In this document: one piece after another, positions 1 to 10,782 of the stretch
Numbering within the stretch: position 1 is the first letter of the stretch
How the letters are laid out: each line of letters starts with the position of its first letter
NCBI GenBank assembly: GCA_963782055.1
Contig: CAWAIF010000003.1
Span: 2,432,001-2,496,000 of the forward strand
Length of the DNA: 64,000 nt
From: an uncultured delta proteobacterium
GTDB taxonomy: Bacteria > Myxococcota_A > Polyangia > Polyangiales > Polyangiaceae
Direction: 5' to 3'
Position numbers and translations under genes: made by a program
The notes under the pieces: model-generated
The model's database searches: none
What the model was told of the DNA's origin: nothing
The model's input: only the letters and a program-made list of their open reading frames with translations

Positions 1-166
1 GGGCCTGGACGACGTCAAGTCGGGCAAGCTGGCGGCGGACTCGGAGAAGGCCAAGGGGCTGCCGGGGAAGCTCCAGGAGTCCGGCAAGCTCCTCAAGCAG
101 GGCTTCGACGCCCTGAAGGACTGCGACGAGCGCGTCGAGCGGCTGAAGGTCAAGTACAACCTCTGA
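1..166 (+). CDS. 3' end of a hypothetical protein (runs off the window)
   Basis: Frame from base 2 reads GLDDVKSGKLAADSEKAKGLPGKLQESGKLLKQGFDALKDCDERVERLKVKYNL* with strong GC3 codon bias; TGA at 164-166. Confidence 0.7.
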   Translation, partial: GLDDVKSGKLAADSEKAKGLPGKLQESGKLLKQGFDALKDCDERVERLKVKYNL

Positions 167-334
167 CAGCCGGCGCTCGACCCGCAGATCGTTAGCGTGC
201 ACATGAACAGGCGCCTGTCCGCGTCGTCGTGGGGGCCTGGCGGGCGTGGCGCCGCCCGCGCGTGGCGGGCGACGCGGCGCCCAGCGCGTCCCGGGCTCGG
301 CACGAGCGGGCAGTCGTGCTAAGCCACATCCCCC

Positions 335-2009
<1,675 letters not shown>

Positions 2010-2199
2010 CGCCGCTCGTGATGGCGGGTGGGGGGCCGTCGGCCAGCTCGGCGTGCGGCGTCCGATCGCGAGCGTGCTAGCGGTCGCGACGCCGGCGGCG
2101 GGCGGGTGTCCGGGGACAGGCCGCAGGGACACCCCGGACAGGTCGTCGCGGGGAAAACCGGCGCGTTTCTGGCGGCGTGCTTCGTGCAAATCCCCGGTC

Positions 2200-3576
2200 G
2201 TGACCATCTCCTGGCGCTTCGACCGCGGGACCCTGCTCGTTCAGGGTGACGCCGCATCCGGCTGGCCCGGCGTGGTGTGGGATCCTCGCACCCAGAACCT
2301 CCGCGCCGCCGCCCATCGGTACCGCGCGCTGCGGCGCGCCGCGACCACCTCCGGCGTCTCCTTCACCGACCCCATCCCCGCGCGCTGGTCCCGCTCCCGG
2401 CAGTGGGCGCCCCCTTCGCTCCGTCCCTACCAGCGCGACGCGGTCATGGCGTGGCTCGGCCAGGGCAAGCGCGGTGTCATCGTGCTGCCCACGGGTGCGG
2501 GCAAGACGCGGGTGGCCCTCGCGGCCGCCGCCGCCGTGCGCGGCCCGACCGCCGTCCTCTGCCCCACCCGCGTCCTGCTCGGGCAGTGGCTCGAGGCGCT
2601 GAAGCAGGTCTACGCCGGCCCCCTGGGCGTGCTCGGTGATGGCGAGTCGCGCATCGAGCCCGTCACCGTCATGACCTTCGAGAGCGCCTTCCGCCGCATG
2701 GATGCGCTGGGAGATCGCTTCGCCCTGCTCGTCGTGGACGAGGTCCACCACTTCGCGTCCGGCCTCCGCGCCGAGGCGCTGGAGGCGTGCGTCGCACCCT
2801 ATCGGCTCGGCCTCACCGCCACGGCGCCGGAGGCCGCCAGCGCCGGCGAGCTCACGCTCGATGACCTCGTCGGCCCGGTCGCCTTCGCCATGTCCATCGG
2901 CGATCTCAGCGGGACACACCTCGCGGCCTTCGACGTCGTGCGCCTGCGCGTCGGGCTCACCGCCGCCGAGCGCGCCGAGTACGTGCGCATGGCGCGCCCG
3001 TACCTCGAGCTGCAGGCGGCGCTGCGCCGTGCCACGCCGTCGATCGACTGGGAAGGGACGATGCGCGCCATGGCGTCCACGGCGGACGGGCGTCGCGCCA
3101 TCCGCGCGTGGCAGGGGGCCGTCGCGCTCGCCGCCTTCCCGGAGGAGAAGCGCCGCCTCGCCGCCGCGCTGATCGAGCGTCATCGCGACGACAAGACCCT
3201 CGTCTTCGCGTCGCGCGCGTCCGACGCCCGGACCGTCTCGTCGGACAGCCTGGTGCCCGCCATCACCGCCGAGATCGTGCGCGAGGAGCGCGACGCGGTC
3301 ATGGCCCGTTTCCGTGACGGCACCCTCCGCTGCGTCGTCTCCGCGCGCGTGCTGAACGAGGGCGTCGACGTACCCGACGCCAACGTCGCCGTCCTGCTCG
3401 GCGGGGCGCTCGGGGTGCGCGAGCAGGCGCAGCGGGTGGGGCGCGTGCTCCGGCCCGGCCCCGGCAAGCGGGCCATCGTCTACGACATCGCGACCGCGGG
3501 CACCGTCGACGCGGATCGCGCCGACCGCAAGTGGAGGAGATTTGCTGCCCAGACCCTACCTGCAATGCCAGGGTGA
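2200..3576 (+). CDS. XPB/Rad25(SSL2)-like SF2 DEAD/DEAH helicase
   Basis: LRPYQ Q-motif, LPTGAGKT, DEVHH, LGLTAT, LNEGVDVPDA, QRVGRVLR; N-terminal FDRGTL typical of this family; GTG start at 2200 chosen within ORF 2053-3576. Confidence 0.9.
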   Translation: MTISWRFDRGTLLVQGDAASGWPGVVWDPRTQNLRAAAHRYRALRRAATTSGVSFTDPIPARWSRSRQWAPPSLRPYQRDAVMAWLGQGKRGVIVLPTGAGKTRVALAAAAAVRGPTAVLCPTRVLLGQWLEALKQVYAGPLGVLGDGESRIEPVTVMTFESAFRRMDALGDRFALLVVDEVHHFASGLRAEALEACVAPYRLGLTATAPEAASAGELTLDDLVGPVAFAMSIGDLSGTHLAAFDVVRLRVGLTAAERAEYVRMARPYLELQAALRRATPSIDWEGTMRAMASTADGRRAIRAWQGAVALAAFPEEKRRLAAALIERHRDDKTLVFASRASDARTVSSDSLVPAITAEIVREERDAVMARFRDGTLRCVVSARVLNEGVDVPDANVAVLLGGALGVREQAQRVGRVLRPGPGKRAIVYDIATAGTVDADRADRKWRRFAAQTLPAMPG

Positions 3577-4699
3577 CGGCGCGCGGGTGCGTCCCTCGTG
3601 GCTCGAGCCGCGTCATGACGCGTGGCTGCGCTCCGTCCTGGAGCAGCTCGACGCCTGCGCCGGCCGGACCGCGGCGGAGGTCGAGCGCCGGGGCGAGGAC
3701 GTGGCGCTCGGCGCGCGCCGGCATGGCATCTCCGCGCCCGCGGCCCTCGGCGTGTGGCATGTCGCGCGGCAGTGGGCGACGACCGTCGTGGCATCCCCCG
3801 TGCCGCCGCGCGCCTTGCGCGAGGAAGCCTTCGCGCTGGCGGCGCACGCGGGCCCGGACGAGGCGATCGCCACCCTGGTCGCACGCTTGCAGGCCGGCGC
3901 GGACGAGGTCCGCGCGTGGCTCTACGCGGACGTCCCCGCCGCGCGCATCCTGCGGCCGAAGGAGCTGCCGGCGCCGGAGGCGCTGCGCGACGCCTACAAC
4001 ATGGCGCTCGCCCAGGGCCTGGTCGGCTGCTGCCTCCGCGTCAGCGTCCGAGCCGACGAGAACCTCCGCGCTGTCGTGCGCGCCGCGAAGCTTCGCGGGC
4101 TGATCGTCGCCGTCGCCGCCGACGACCCGGTCCTCGAGGCCTCCGGGCCGCTCGCCCTCTTCCGCCACACGACCAAGTACGCCCGGGCGCTCGCGACGTT
4201 CATTCCGTCGCTGGTGTCGATCACAGGCTGGTCTCTCGAGGGCGATCTGGTGATGGGCGAGACGCCGCGGACCCTCTTCCTCGACGCCGCGTCGCCGCTG
4301 CCCCGGACGTGGGCGCTGCCGCAGCGCGCGGACAGCGCCCTGGAGCGCGCCTTGATGAAGGCGCTGCGCCGCGCGAAGAGCGAATGGAAGGTGCTGCGCG
4401 AGCCCGTGGTCCTTCGCGCGGGGAGCGAGCTCTTCTTCCCGGATTTCGTGCTCGAGCGCGGCGACGATCGCGTCATGGTGGAGGTCGTCGGCTTCTGGAC
4501 GCCCGATTACCTCGAACGCAAGATGGCGCAGCTCGCCACGGTGACCGACGCGCCGCTCGTCGTGTGCGTCGACGAGACCCTCGCGTGCGATCCCTCGCGA
4601 CTGCCCCACGCCAGCGTGGTGCGCTTCCGGCGCCGGATGGACCCCACCGCCCTGCTCGCCGCGGCGGAGGGCGCGCTCGCGAAGAGGGTCGCCTGCTAG
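3542..4699 (+). CDS. DUF790 family / Bax1-like PD-(D/E)xK nuclease
   Basis: GPLALFRHTTKYARALA and FFPDFVLE...VEVVGFWTPDYLERK motifs; overlaps the helicase 3' end. Confidence 0.85.
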   Translation: MLPRPYLQCQGDGARVRPSWLEPRHDAWLRSVLEQLDACAGRTAAEVERRGEDVALGARRHGISAPAALGVWHVARQWATTVVASPVPPRALREEAFALAAHAGPDEAIATLVARLQAGADEVRAWLYADVPAARILRPKELPAPEALRDAYNMALAQGLVGCCLRVSVRADENLRAVVRAAKLRGLIVAVAADDPVLEASGPLALFRHTTKYARALATFIPSLVSITGWSLEGDLVMGETPRTLFLDAASPLPRTWALPQRADSALERALMKALRRAKSEWKVLREPVVLRAGSELFFPDFVLERGDDRVMVEVVGFWTPDYLERKMAQLATVTDAPLVVCVDETLACDPSRLPHASVVRFRRRMDPTALLAAAEGALAKRVAC

Positions 4700-4708
4700 T
4701 CTGACGGC

Positions 4709-4939
4709 ATGGGCAATCCTCTCGAAGGTGGCGAGCACTTCCTCCGGGTGGTGGGCCGGCGGCAGCGACCCCCTCTGGGTTGCGTCCCCCCGCCGGAGAC
4801 GCGCGCGGCGATGGACCGGATGGCGCGCTACCGCACACACGCGCCGAAGGGGGTGTTCCTGTACCGAAGCCACGAGGAGGCCAACGCTGACCGCGATCGG
4901 TGGCTCACCGAGGCGATCGTGGCCGCGCATGCCCGATGA
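4709..4939 (+). CDS. Small putative antitoxin-like protein (partner of a nucleotidyltransferase)
   Basis: 76 aa with PKGVFLYRSHEEAN motif; stop overlaps the ATG of the downstream NTase remnant (ATGA 4936-4939). Confidence 0.55.
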   Translation: MGNPLEGGEHFLRVVGRRQRPPLGCVPPPETRAAMDRMARYRTHAPKGVFLYRSHEEANADRDRWLTEAIVAAHAR

Positions 4940-5060
4940 CCGAGTACTCGCGCCCAGCGACCGCGAGGGCCCCTACGCGGTCCGGATCAACGACGAGTTC
5001 ACCGTCGACGTGATGGCTGCCGCCTGCGGGCACGGGTGGGAGGAGCTCCGCCCACCACAC
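4936..5060 (+). pseudogene. Internally deleted and truncated nucleotidyltransferase (DUF6036-like) remnant
   Basis: Starts MTEYSRPAT, then jumps out of frame to GPYAVRINDEFTVDVMAAACGHGWEEL, a central segment recalled from this NTase family; runs into the convergent FHA gene. Confidence 0.5.
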
Positions 5061-5061
5061 G

Positions 5062-5979
5062 TCAGCTCCCGCCAGAGAAGGCTCCGAGAACCCAGAGCAG
5101 GACGGCGACGCACGCGGCGATGAACGCCACGCCGAGCGCGAGGATACCCGCGCGGCGGAGGTCGTCGCGGGGACGCGCGTCGGCGACGTGTCCCGTGGGT
5201 GGCGCGTTCGCGAGGGGGCCTGCGCCCGCGGGTGAGGGAGCGGCCCCCTGCGGTGACGCCTCCGGCTCCACGGCGGCGGCCACGAGCGAAGGCGCGCTCT
5301 CCGGTGCGTCGGCTGCCAGCTCGCCGACGATCTCGTCGGTGGAAACCGGCGCAAGGAGCGCCAGCACGGTGTCTCCGACCCGCAGCGCCCTCCCTCGATC
5401 CCATGTCGCCTCCTTCTGCGGCTCGAGGCGCGACGCGCCGAGGAACGTCCCCCGCGCCGATCCGAGATCGCGCACCAGGACCTCGCCGCGGCGCAGGACC
5501 AGCCGCGCGTGTGCGCGCGAGAGCGACGCATCGGCGATCACCCAGTCGCAGCTCTTTCCGCGCCCGAGCCTCACCGGCTGCCCTTCCACGTCCAGATCCC
5601 GATGCGCGCCGAGGGAAGGGCCGCCCACGACGAGCACCCGCGGCGCCCTACGGGCGCGGCGGACCGCGACCAGCGCCAGCTCCGCGGTCCCGGCGGGTAC
5701 CTGCGTCTCCTCGTGGGTCACCTCCGCCTCGACCGGGCCCAGACGCACGCGGTCGCCGGGCACGAGCGCGCGAGACTCACCCGGCAGCACGTGGACCTCG
5801 CCGACCGACACCTCGGCCTGCCCCTCGGGCTCCAGCAGCGTCCACCCGTCACCCGGGCGGAGTCTCGCGTGGCGCACGGCCAGACCGGCCACCACGACGT
5901 CGCACGCGCGATCCGCCCCGAGGACGAGCGCGCGCTCGACGGACACGCGCCTCTCGCCGATCGTCAGAATTAGCGGCAT
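5062..5979 (-). CDS. Tandem FHA-domain membrane protein
   Basis: LGRGKSCDWVIADASLSRAHA...VRDLGSARGTF FHA motif, a degenerate N-terminal FHA and a C-terminal TM helix. Confidence 0.85.
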   Translation of the reverse strand: MPLILTIGERRVSVERALVLGADRACDVVVAGLAVRHARLRPGDGWTLLEPEGQAEVSVGEVHVLPGESRALVPGDRVRLGPVEAEVTHEETQVPAGTAELALVAVRRARRAPRVLVVGGPSLGAHRDLDVEGQPVRLGRGKSCDWVIADASLSRAHARLVLRRGEVLVRDLGSARGTFLGASRLEPQKEATWDRGRALRVGDTVLALLAPVSTDEIVGELAADAPESAPSLVAAAVEPEASPQGAAPSPAGAGPLANAPPTGHVADARPRDDLRRAGILALGVAFIAACVAVLLWVLGAFSGGS

Positions 5980-6021
5980 TGCTCGCTAGACTAGCACCCT
6001 CTCACAAGCGAGTATGGGCGC

Positions 6022-7506
6022 GTGGGTGACCGCTTCGAGCACGACGTGGGCGACCGCATCGGCGGCAAGCGCGGGGAGTACCGCGTCAAGCAGCGCCTCG
6101 GCGCGGGCGGCATGGGCGCGTGCTACCTGGTCGAGGACACCGACGCCCCGCGGCAGTACGTGCTCAAGACGATGCAGTCGCGCCTCGCGCAGAAGAAGAG
6201 CGCGCTCGACGCCTTCGAGCTGGAGGCGCGTGGTCTCATCGCGCTGCACGCCTGTCCCAACGTCGTGCAGGTCTATCACCTGGACTACGCGAGGGATGGC
6301 GTACCCTTCTACCTCATGGAGGTGCTCAGCGGCCTGTCGGTGCGCGAGATGCTCCACCGCCGCACCCGGCTGCACGCGGAGGCCGTCGTCGGGATCGGCA
6401 TTGGCATCGCCAAGGCGCTCGTCTTCGCCCACGACAAGCAGGTCGTCCACTGCGACCTGAAACCGGACAACGTCTTCGCCGTCCGGACCGAGGAGGGCAC
6501 GGTGGTCAAGCTCATCGACTTCGGCGTGATGACGGCGCACCTCGTCCGCGCGGGCTACCATGGCGCAGGCGGCACGCCATCGTACATGGCGCCGGAGCAG
6601 CTCCGCGGCGAGCCGGTCGACACCCGCGCCGACATCTTCGCCTTCGGCGTCATGCTTTACGAGATGCTCGTGGGCATGCACCCCTTTGCCGACTTCGGGC
6701 TGGACGAGAAGGGGGCGCTGGCGCGCGTCAACGCGATGCCACCGTCGATCGCCGAGGCGCTCCCGGAGATGCCGTGGAAGCTCTCCAACCACCTCGATCA
6801 CCTCCTCGAGAAGATGCTGCACCCCAGCCGCGCCCTGCGCTGCGGGGACGCCTCGGAGGTGCTCGTCAAGCTGCACCAGGCCGAGCGCATCGCGAGGCAG
6901 CTCGCGAAGGGGGATGTCCACGCCGCCACCACCAACCCCGGCGCGCCCCCCGAGCAGCTGCTCGCGCAGACCACCGGGGTCGTCGACGAGGACGCCGTCG
7001 CCGCGCGCACCAATCCCAACCTGGATCTCGCCAGCGAGCCGGAGCTCGCCGCCGCCGTCGCCCAGACGGTGGAGGCGAGCACCTCTCCCCCGTCCAGGCC
7101 CTTGCCCGAGCCGGATCGACGCAACGTGAACTACGTCTCCACGCCGCCGAGCTCGTACGACCGCGCCGTGGAGGCGGCGCAGATGCTCGAGCCTGCTCCC
7201 GCCAGCCTGGAGCTCACCTCCGGGGAGCGCGAGTTCGTCGACAACCTGGCGAAGCACGTCGAGGAGCAGAGCGGGGGCGTGAGGCTCGGGGGCACGCCGC
7301 GCCCCGCGGCGACGGTGGTGGAAGGGGAGGACTACCACCGTCGCCTCAGCCGCGGACGGCTGCCCCTCCCGCTCCTCGTCGCCCTCGCCGCCCTCGGCGT
7401 GGCGCTCGTCACGGGCATCGCGATCTTCGCCCTCTCCGGCCCGGGCGCGGCGGGCGTCGCGCCCGCGTCGCAAAGTGGCCGTGCAGCTCATCCTGCCGTA
7501 CCCTGA
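6022..7506 (+). CDS. Hanks-type Ser/Thr protein kinase with C-terminal TM segment
   Basis: LGAGGMG, VLK, HCDLKPDN, DFG, GTPSYMAPEQ, DIFAFG. Confidence 0.93.
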   Translation: MGDRFEHDVGDRIGGKRGEYRVKQRLGAGGMGACYLVEDTDAPRQYVLKTMQSRLAQKKSALDAFELEARGLIALHACPNVVQVYHLDYARDGVPFYLMEVLSGLSVREMLHRRTRLHAEAVVGIGIGIAKALVFAHDKQVVHCDLKPDNVFAVRTEEGTVVKLIDFGVMTAHLVRAGYHGAGGTPSYMAPEQLRGEPVDTRADIFAFGVMLYEMLVGMHPFADFGLDEKGALARVNAMPPSIAEALPEMPWKLSNHLDHLLEKMLHPSRALRCGDASEVLVKLHQAERIARQLAKGDVHAATTNPGAPPEQLLAQTTGVVDEDAVAARTNPNLDLASEPELAAAVAQTVEASTSPPSRPLPEPDRRNVNYVSTPPSSYDRAVEAAQMLEPAPASLELTSGEREFVDNLAKHVEEQSGGVRLGGTPRPAATVVEGEDYHRRLSRGRLPLPLLVALAALGVALVTGIAIFALSGPGAAGVAPASQSGRAAHPAVP

Positions 7507-7516
7507 CGAGCCGCGG

Positions 7517-8302
7517 ATGACCAAGCGCGCCGACACCAATCCGACCTTCCCTGCCCCCCCGGCGAACGGCCCTGGCGATCCGCTGGACGCCATGCTCGAC
7601 GACCTCGCCAAGCCGAAGGCGCTGGACCACAAGGCGCAGGCGGCCGCTTCGTCGGGCCACGACGCCGTCGAGTACGCCGGCGAGATCCACGCCCCCGCGC
7701 CGCGCGCGGACCACAACACCTTCCCCGACGCGCCGGTCATCGTGCAAAGGACCGATCCTGGCCTCGGAGATCCACTCGGGATCACCCCGGAGGAGCGCAG
7801 CCGGCTGGAGCAGGACTTCGCTCGCCGCCGCGAGCGGGAGGAGCGCGTAGCGCAGACCAGCCCCCGCAAGCAAGACGCTCCGCCCGTCACGACCGACCCC
7901 GCGAGGCCGGCGGGGTCGGGCGGGCGCAAGGTGCTGCTCGGGGCGATCGTGGTCGCCGTGATCGCGGGGATCGCGCTGGTCGTCGCGCACGGCGCCGGAC
8001 CGAAGCCCCAGCGTCGCACGACGACCGCGACCGCGAGCGCGAGCGTCGCCCCCGTCGTGACGGCCACCGCGCCGAGCGCGAAGTCGACCGCGAGCGTGTC
8101 GCCGGTCGAGATCGCGACGGCCGCACCGGTCGGCACGGCGAAGCCGCACCCCGCGCCGACCGTGCAGGTCGCGCCGCCCGCGCAGGCGACGAGCACCGCG
8201 CAGGCGACGAGCACCGCACCGGCGACCGCGACGGTGCCGCAGGCCTCCGCAGCGCCCACCGCGACAATGACCGCGCCGCCCGGGTTCAAGCCCCACAACT
8301 GA
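7517..8302 (+). CDS. Single-pass membrane protein with Thr/Ala/Pro-rich extracellular tail
   Basis: ATG 7517, ten bases after the kinase stop; TM VLLGAIVVAVIAGIALVV; good codon bias. Confidence 0.7.
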   Translation: MTKRADTNPTFPAPPANGPGDPLDAMLDDLAKPKALDHKAQAAASSGHDAVEYAGEIHAPAPRADHNTFPDAPVIVQRTDPGLGDPLGITPEERSRLEQDFARRREREERVAQTSPRKQDAPPVTTDPARPAGSGGRKVLLGAIVVAVIAGIALVVAHGAGPKPQRRTTTATASASVAPVVTATAPSAKSTASVSPVEIATAAPVGTAKPHPAPTVQVAPPAQATSTAQATSTAPATATVPQASAAPTATMTAPPGFKPHN

Positions 8303-8308
8303 TCCTCG

Positions 8309-9289
8309 ATGATGCGAGCCACCACCCTCCTCCTCCCCGCGCTGCTGCTCCTCACCCCCGCTGCGCTCGCGCAGACGGACAACCGCGCCGAGTCCGATCG
8401 CCTCTTCGACGAGGGGCTCGCCCTGGCGAACAAGGGCGACTTCGATCACGCGCGCGTCAAGTTCGCCGCGGCGTACGCGAAGTTTCCCAGCCCCAACTCC
8501 CTGCTCAACCTGGCCAAGAGCGAGCAGCTCTCGGGCCACTGCGTCGAGGCCCTCCCGCACTTCCGCGCCTACGTGGCGCTCCCCGCCAACCCGCGTGTCA
8601 GCGAGACGGACCGCGCGGCGGCGCGCGGGGCGATCGGCGCGTGCCGGCAGACCATCGGCACGCTCGTGATCGTCGCGCCGCCGGGCACGGCGGTCTACGT
8701 CGACGGCGCGCCCATGGCGCTCTCGCAGCAGAGCACCGTCGAGGTGGAGCCCGGGCAGCACCAGGTCAAGCTCGGCGGCGACGCCGGCCTGCGCACCCGC
8801 GCGGTCACCGCGGAGGAGGGGAAGGACACCCTCGTCGAGTACGAGCCGAAGAAGACGCAGAGCGGCGCGGGCACGCCGCAGCCGCATGGGGGGGAGACGC
8901 CGCCGGCCTCGACGCCGGCGCCGCACCGCTCGGTGGCCGGCTGGGTCGTCCCGGTGGCGCTCGGCGTCGTCGGGCTGTCCGGTGTCGGCGTGGGCATCGG
9001 CGCAGGCGCCGCGTCCTTCTCCGCCGCGAACGACGCCGACGCGCTGCGGACGCCGGGGATCTGCGTCGACCGCGCGTCGAGCGCATGCGCCGCCTACACC
9101 GACAAGCTGGACTCGCAGAACACCCTGTCCACGGTCGCGGTCATCGGCTACGTGACCGGTGGCGTGTGCCTCGCGGGCGCGATAGCGGCCTTCGTCGCGA
9201 TGGCTCCGTCGAAGCAGGCCGATCACGTCGCGCTGGTGCCGGTGCTCGGCACCGATCGCGCGGGCTTCGCCGTCACCGGACGATTCTAG
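8309..9289 (+). CDS. Secreted TPR + PEGA-like domain protein
   Basis: Signal peptide, LFDEGLAL...FAAAYAKFPSPNSLLNLA TPR, VYVDG...VEPGQHQV PEGA, C-terminal hydrophobic hairpin ending TGRF. Confidence 0.8.
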   Translation: MMRATTLLLPALLLLTPAALAQTDNRAESDRLFDEGLALANKGDFDHARVKFAAAYAKFPSPNSLLNLAKSEQLSGHCVEALPHFRAYVALPANPRVSETDRAAARGAIGACRQTIGTLVIVAPPGTAVYVDGAPMALSQQSTVEVEPGQHQVKLGGDAGLRTRAVTAEEGKDTLVEYEPKKTQSGAGTPQPHGGETPPASTPAPHRSVAGWVVPVALGVVGLSGVGVGIGAGAASFSAANDADALRTPGICVDRASSACAAYTDKLDSQNTLSTVAVIGYVTGGVCLAGAIAAFVAMAPSKQADHVALVPVLGTDRAGFAVTGRF

Positions 9290-9300
9290 GGGATTACCAA

Positions 9301-10779
9301 ATGCGGAGAGTTCTTCTGATGGGATCGATCCTGCTCGTGTCCTGCGCGGGCTGGGGGGACGTCTGTGATCAGGGCGCGTGCGACGGGGGCACGGATGGGG
9401 GGACGGACGGCGGGGGAGACGTGACGGTGGACGCGCCCGCGGACGCGCCGCCGGGGTGCGATCCGAAGGTGCAGAACTGCATCGACGACGCGAAGGGCAT
9501 CTTCGTGGACAGCGCGGGCAGCGACGCGGCGACGGGGACGCGGGGCGCGCCCGTGGCGACGATCGGCAAGGCGCTGGAGCTGGCGAAGGCGCAGTCGAGG
9601 CCGGACGTGTACGTGTGCGCGGGCAGCTATCCGGAGCAGGTGGACATCGGGAGCCCGGTGGCGCTGCTGGGCGGCTTCGCGTGCGGCGACTGGACGTACG
9701 ATCCCAAGAACGACGCGACGGTCGGGCCGCCGAGCGGCCTGGCGCTGCACGTGCATGGCACGAGCGCGCAGGTGAGCGATCTGAAGATGGTCTCTGCGGA
9801 CGGCACGAAACCCGGCGAGTCGAGCGTGGCGGTGCTGGTGGAGTCGAGCACGGTGAGCTTGCTGCGCGCGAGCCTGACGGCGGGCAAGGGCGTGGCGGGC
9901 GCGGCAGGGAAGGCGGGGAGCAACTACACGGCGGTGGCGCAGACCGATCCGAGCATCAAGGGCAAGGACGCGACCGGCACGACGGGCGGAGGTCTGCACG
10001 CGTGCACGCTGTGCACCGACGGCAAGAACTCCGCGGGTGGTTCCGGAGGCACGGGGGGCGCAGCACCCGGCGACGGCACTGACGGCACCCCCAACCTGGG
10101 CGGCACCTTCCCGACGGACGGCAAGGGCGGCGCGAAGGATACGGGCCTGAGCTGCAAGAACGGCGACAAGGGCGCGAGCGGCGGGACGGGCCCCGCCGCC
10201 CCTGCGGGCACGGCGCTCGGCACGCTGGACGCGAGCGGCTGGACGCCCGCGTCGGGCGCGGCGGGCACCAACGGCGGCGTGGCGCAAGGCGGCGGTGGAG
10301 GCGGCGGAGGCATCGACGGCACCAACACGACCGGCGGCGGCGGCGGAGGCGGCTGTGGCGGTTGCGGAGGAGGTGCGGGTGGAGGCGGCATGGGCGGCGG
10401 AGCGAGCGTGGCGCTGGCGGTGGTCTCGTCGACGGTGACGCTGACGTCCAGCGAGCTGCACGCGACGGCGGCCGGCGCAGGCGGCGCAGGCGCCGCGGGC
10501 CAGGGCGGGCAGGCCGGTGGCTTCAGCGGGCAGAACAGCAATCCTGGATGTTCGGGCGGCACCGGCGGCACGGGCGGCACCGGCGGCGCCGGCGCGGGGG
10601 GCGCGGGCGGCCTCTCCGTCGGCGTGCTCTGGAAGGGCGCCGCGGCGCCGACGCTTGACGCATCGACGACCAGCGCCATCACCTTCGCGCAGCAGGGCGG
10701 CGCGAAGGGCACCGGCGGCGTCCCCGGCACCAACGACGGCCCGGCCGGCGTCGCGCAGGCCGTGCTGGAGGTGAAGTAG
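9301..10779 (+). CDS. Gly-rich (PGRS-like) lipoprotein, copy 1
   Basis: ATG 9301, lipobox-like LVSC, GIFVD..GSD..GTRGAPVATI..A (DUF1565-like), GGGGGGCGGCGG repeats. Confidence 0.85.
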   Translation: MRRVLLMGSILLVSCAGWGDVCDQGACDGGTDGGTDGGGDVTVDAPADAPPGCDPKVQNCIDDAKGIFVDSAGSDAATGTRGAPVATIGKALELAKAQSRPDVYVCAGSYPEQVDIGSPVALLGGFACGDWTYDPKNDATVGPPSGLALHVHGTSAQVSDLKMVSADGTKPGESSVAVLVESSTVSLLRASLTAGKGVAGAAGKAGSNYTAVAQTDPSIKGKDATGTTGGGLHACTLCTDGKNSAGGSGGTGGAAPGDGTDGTPNLGGTFPTDGKGGAKDTGLSCKNGDKGASGGTGPAAPAGTALGTLDASGWTPASGAAGTNGGVAQGGGGGGGGIDGTNTTGGGGGGGCGGCGGGAGGGGMGGGASVALAVVSSTVTLTSSELHATAAGAGGAGAAGQGGQAGGFSGQNSNPGCSGGTGGTGGTGGAGAGGAGGLSVGVLWKGAAAPTLDASTTSAITFAQQGGAKGTGGVPGTNDGPAGVAQAVLEVK

Positions 10780-10782
10780 CTC

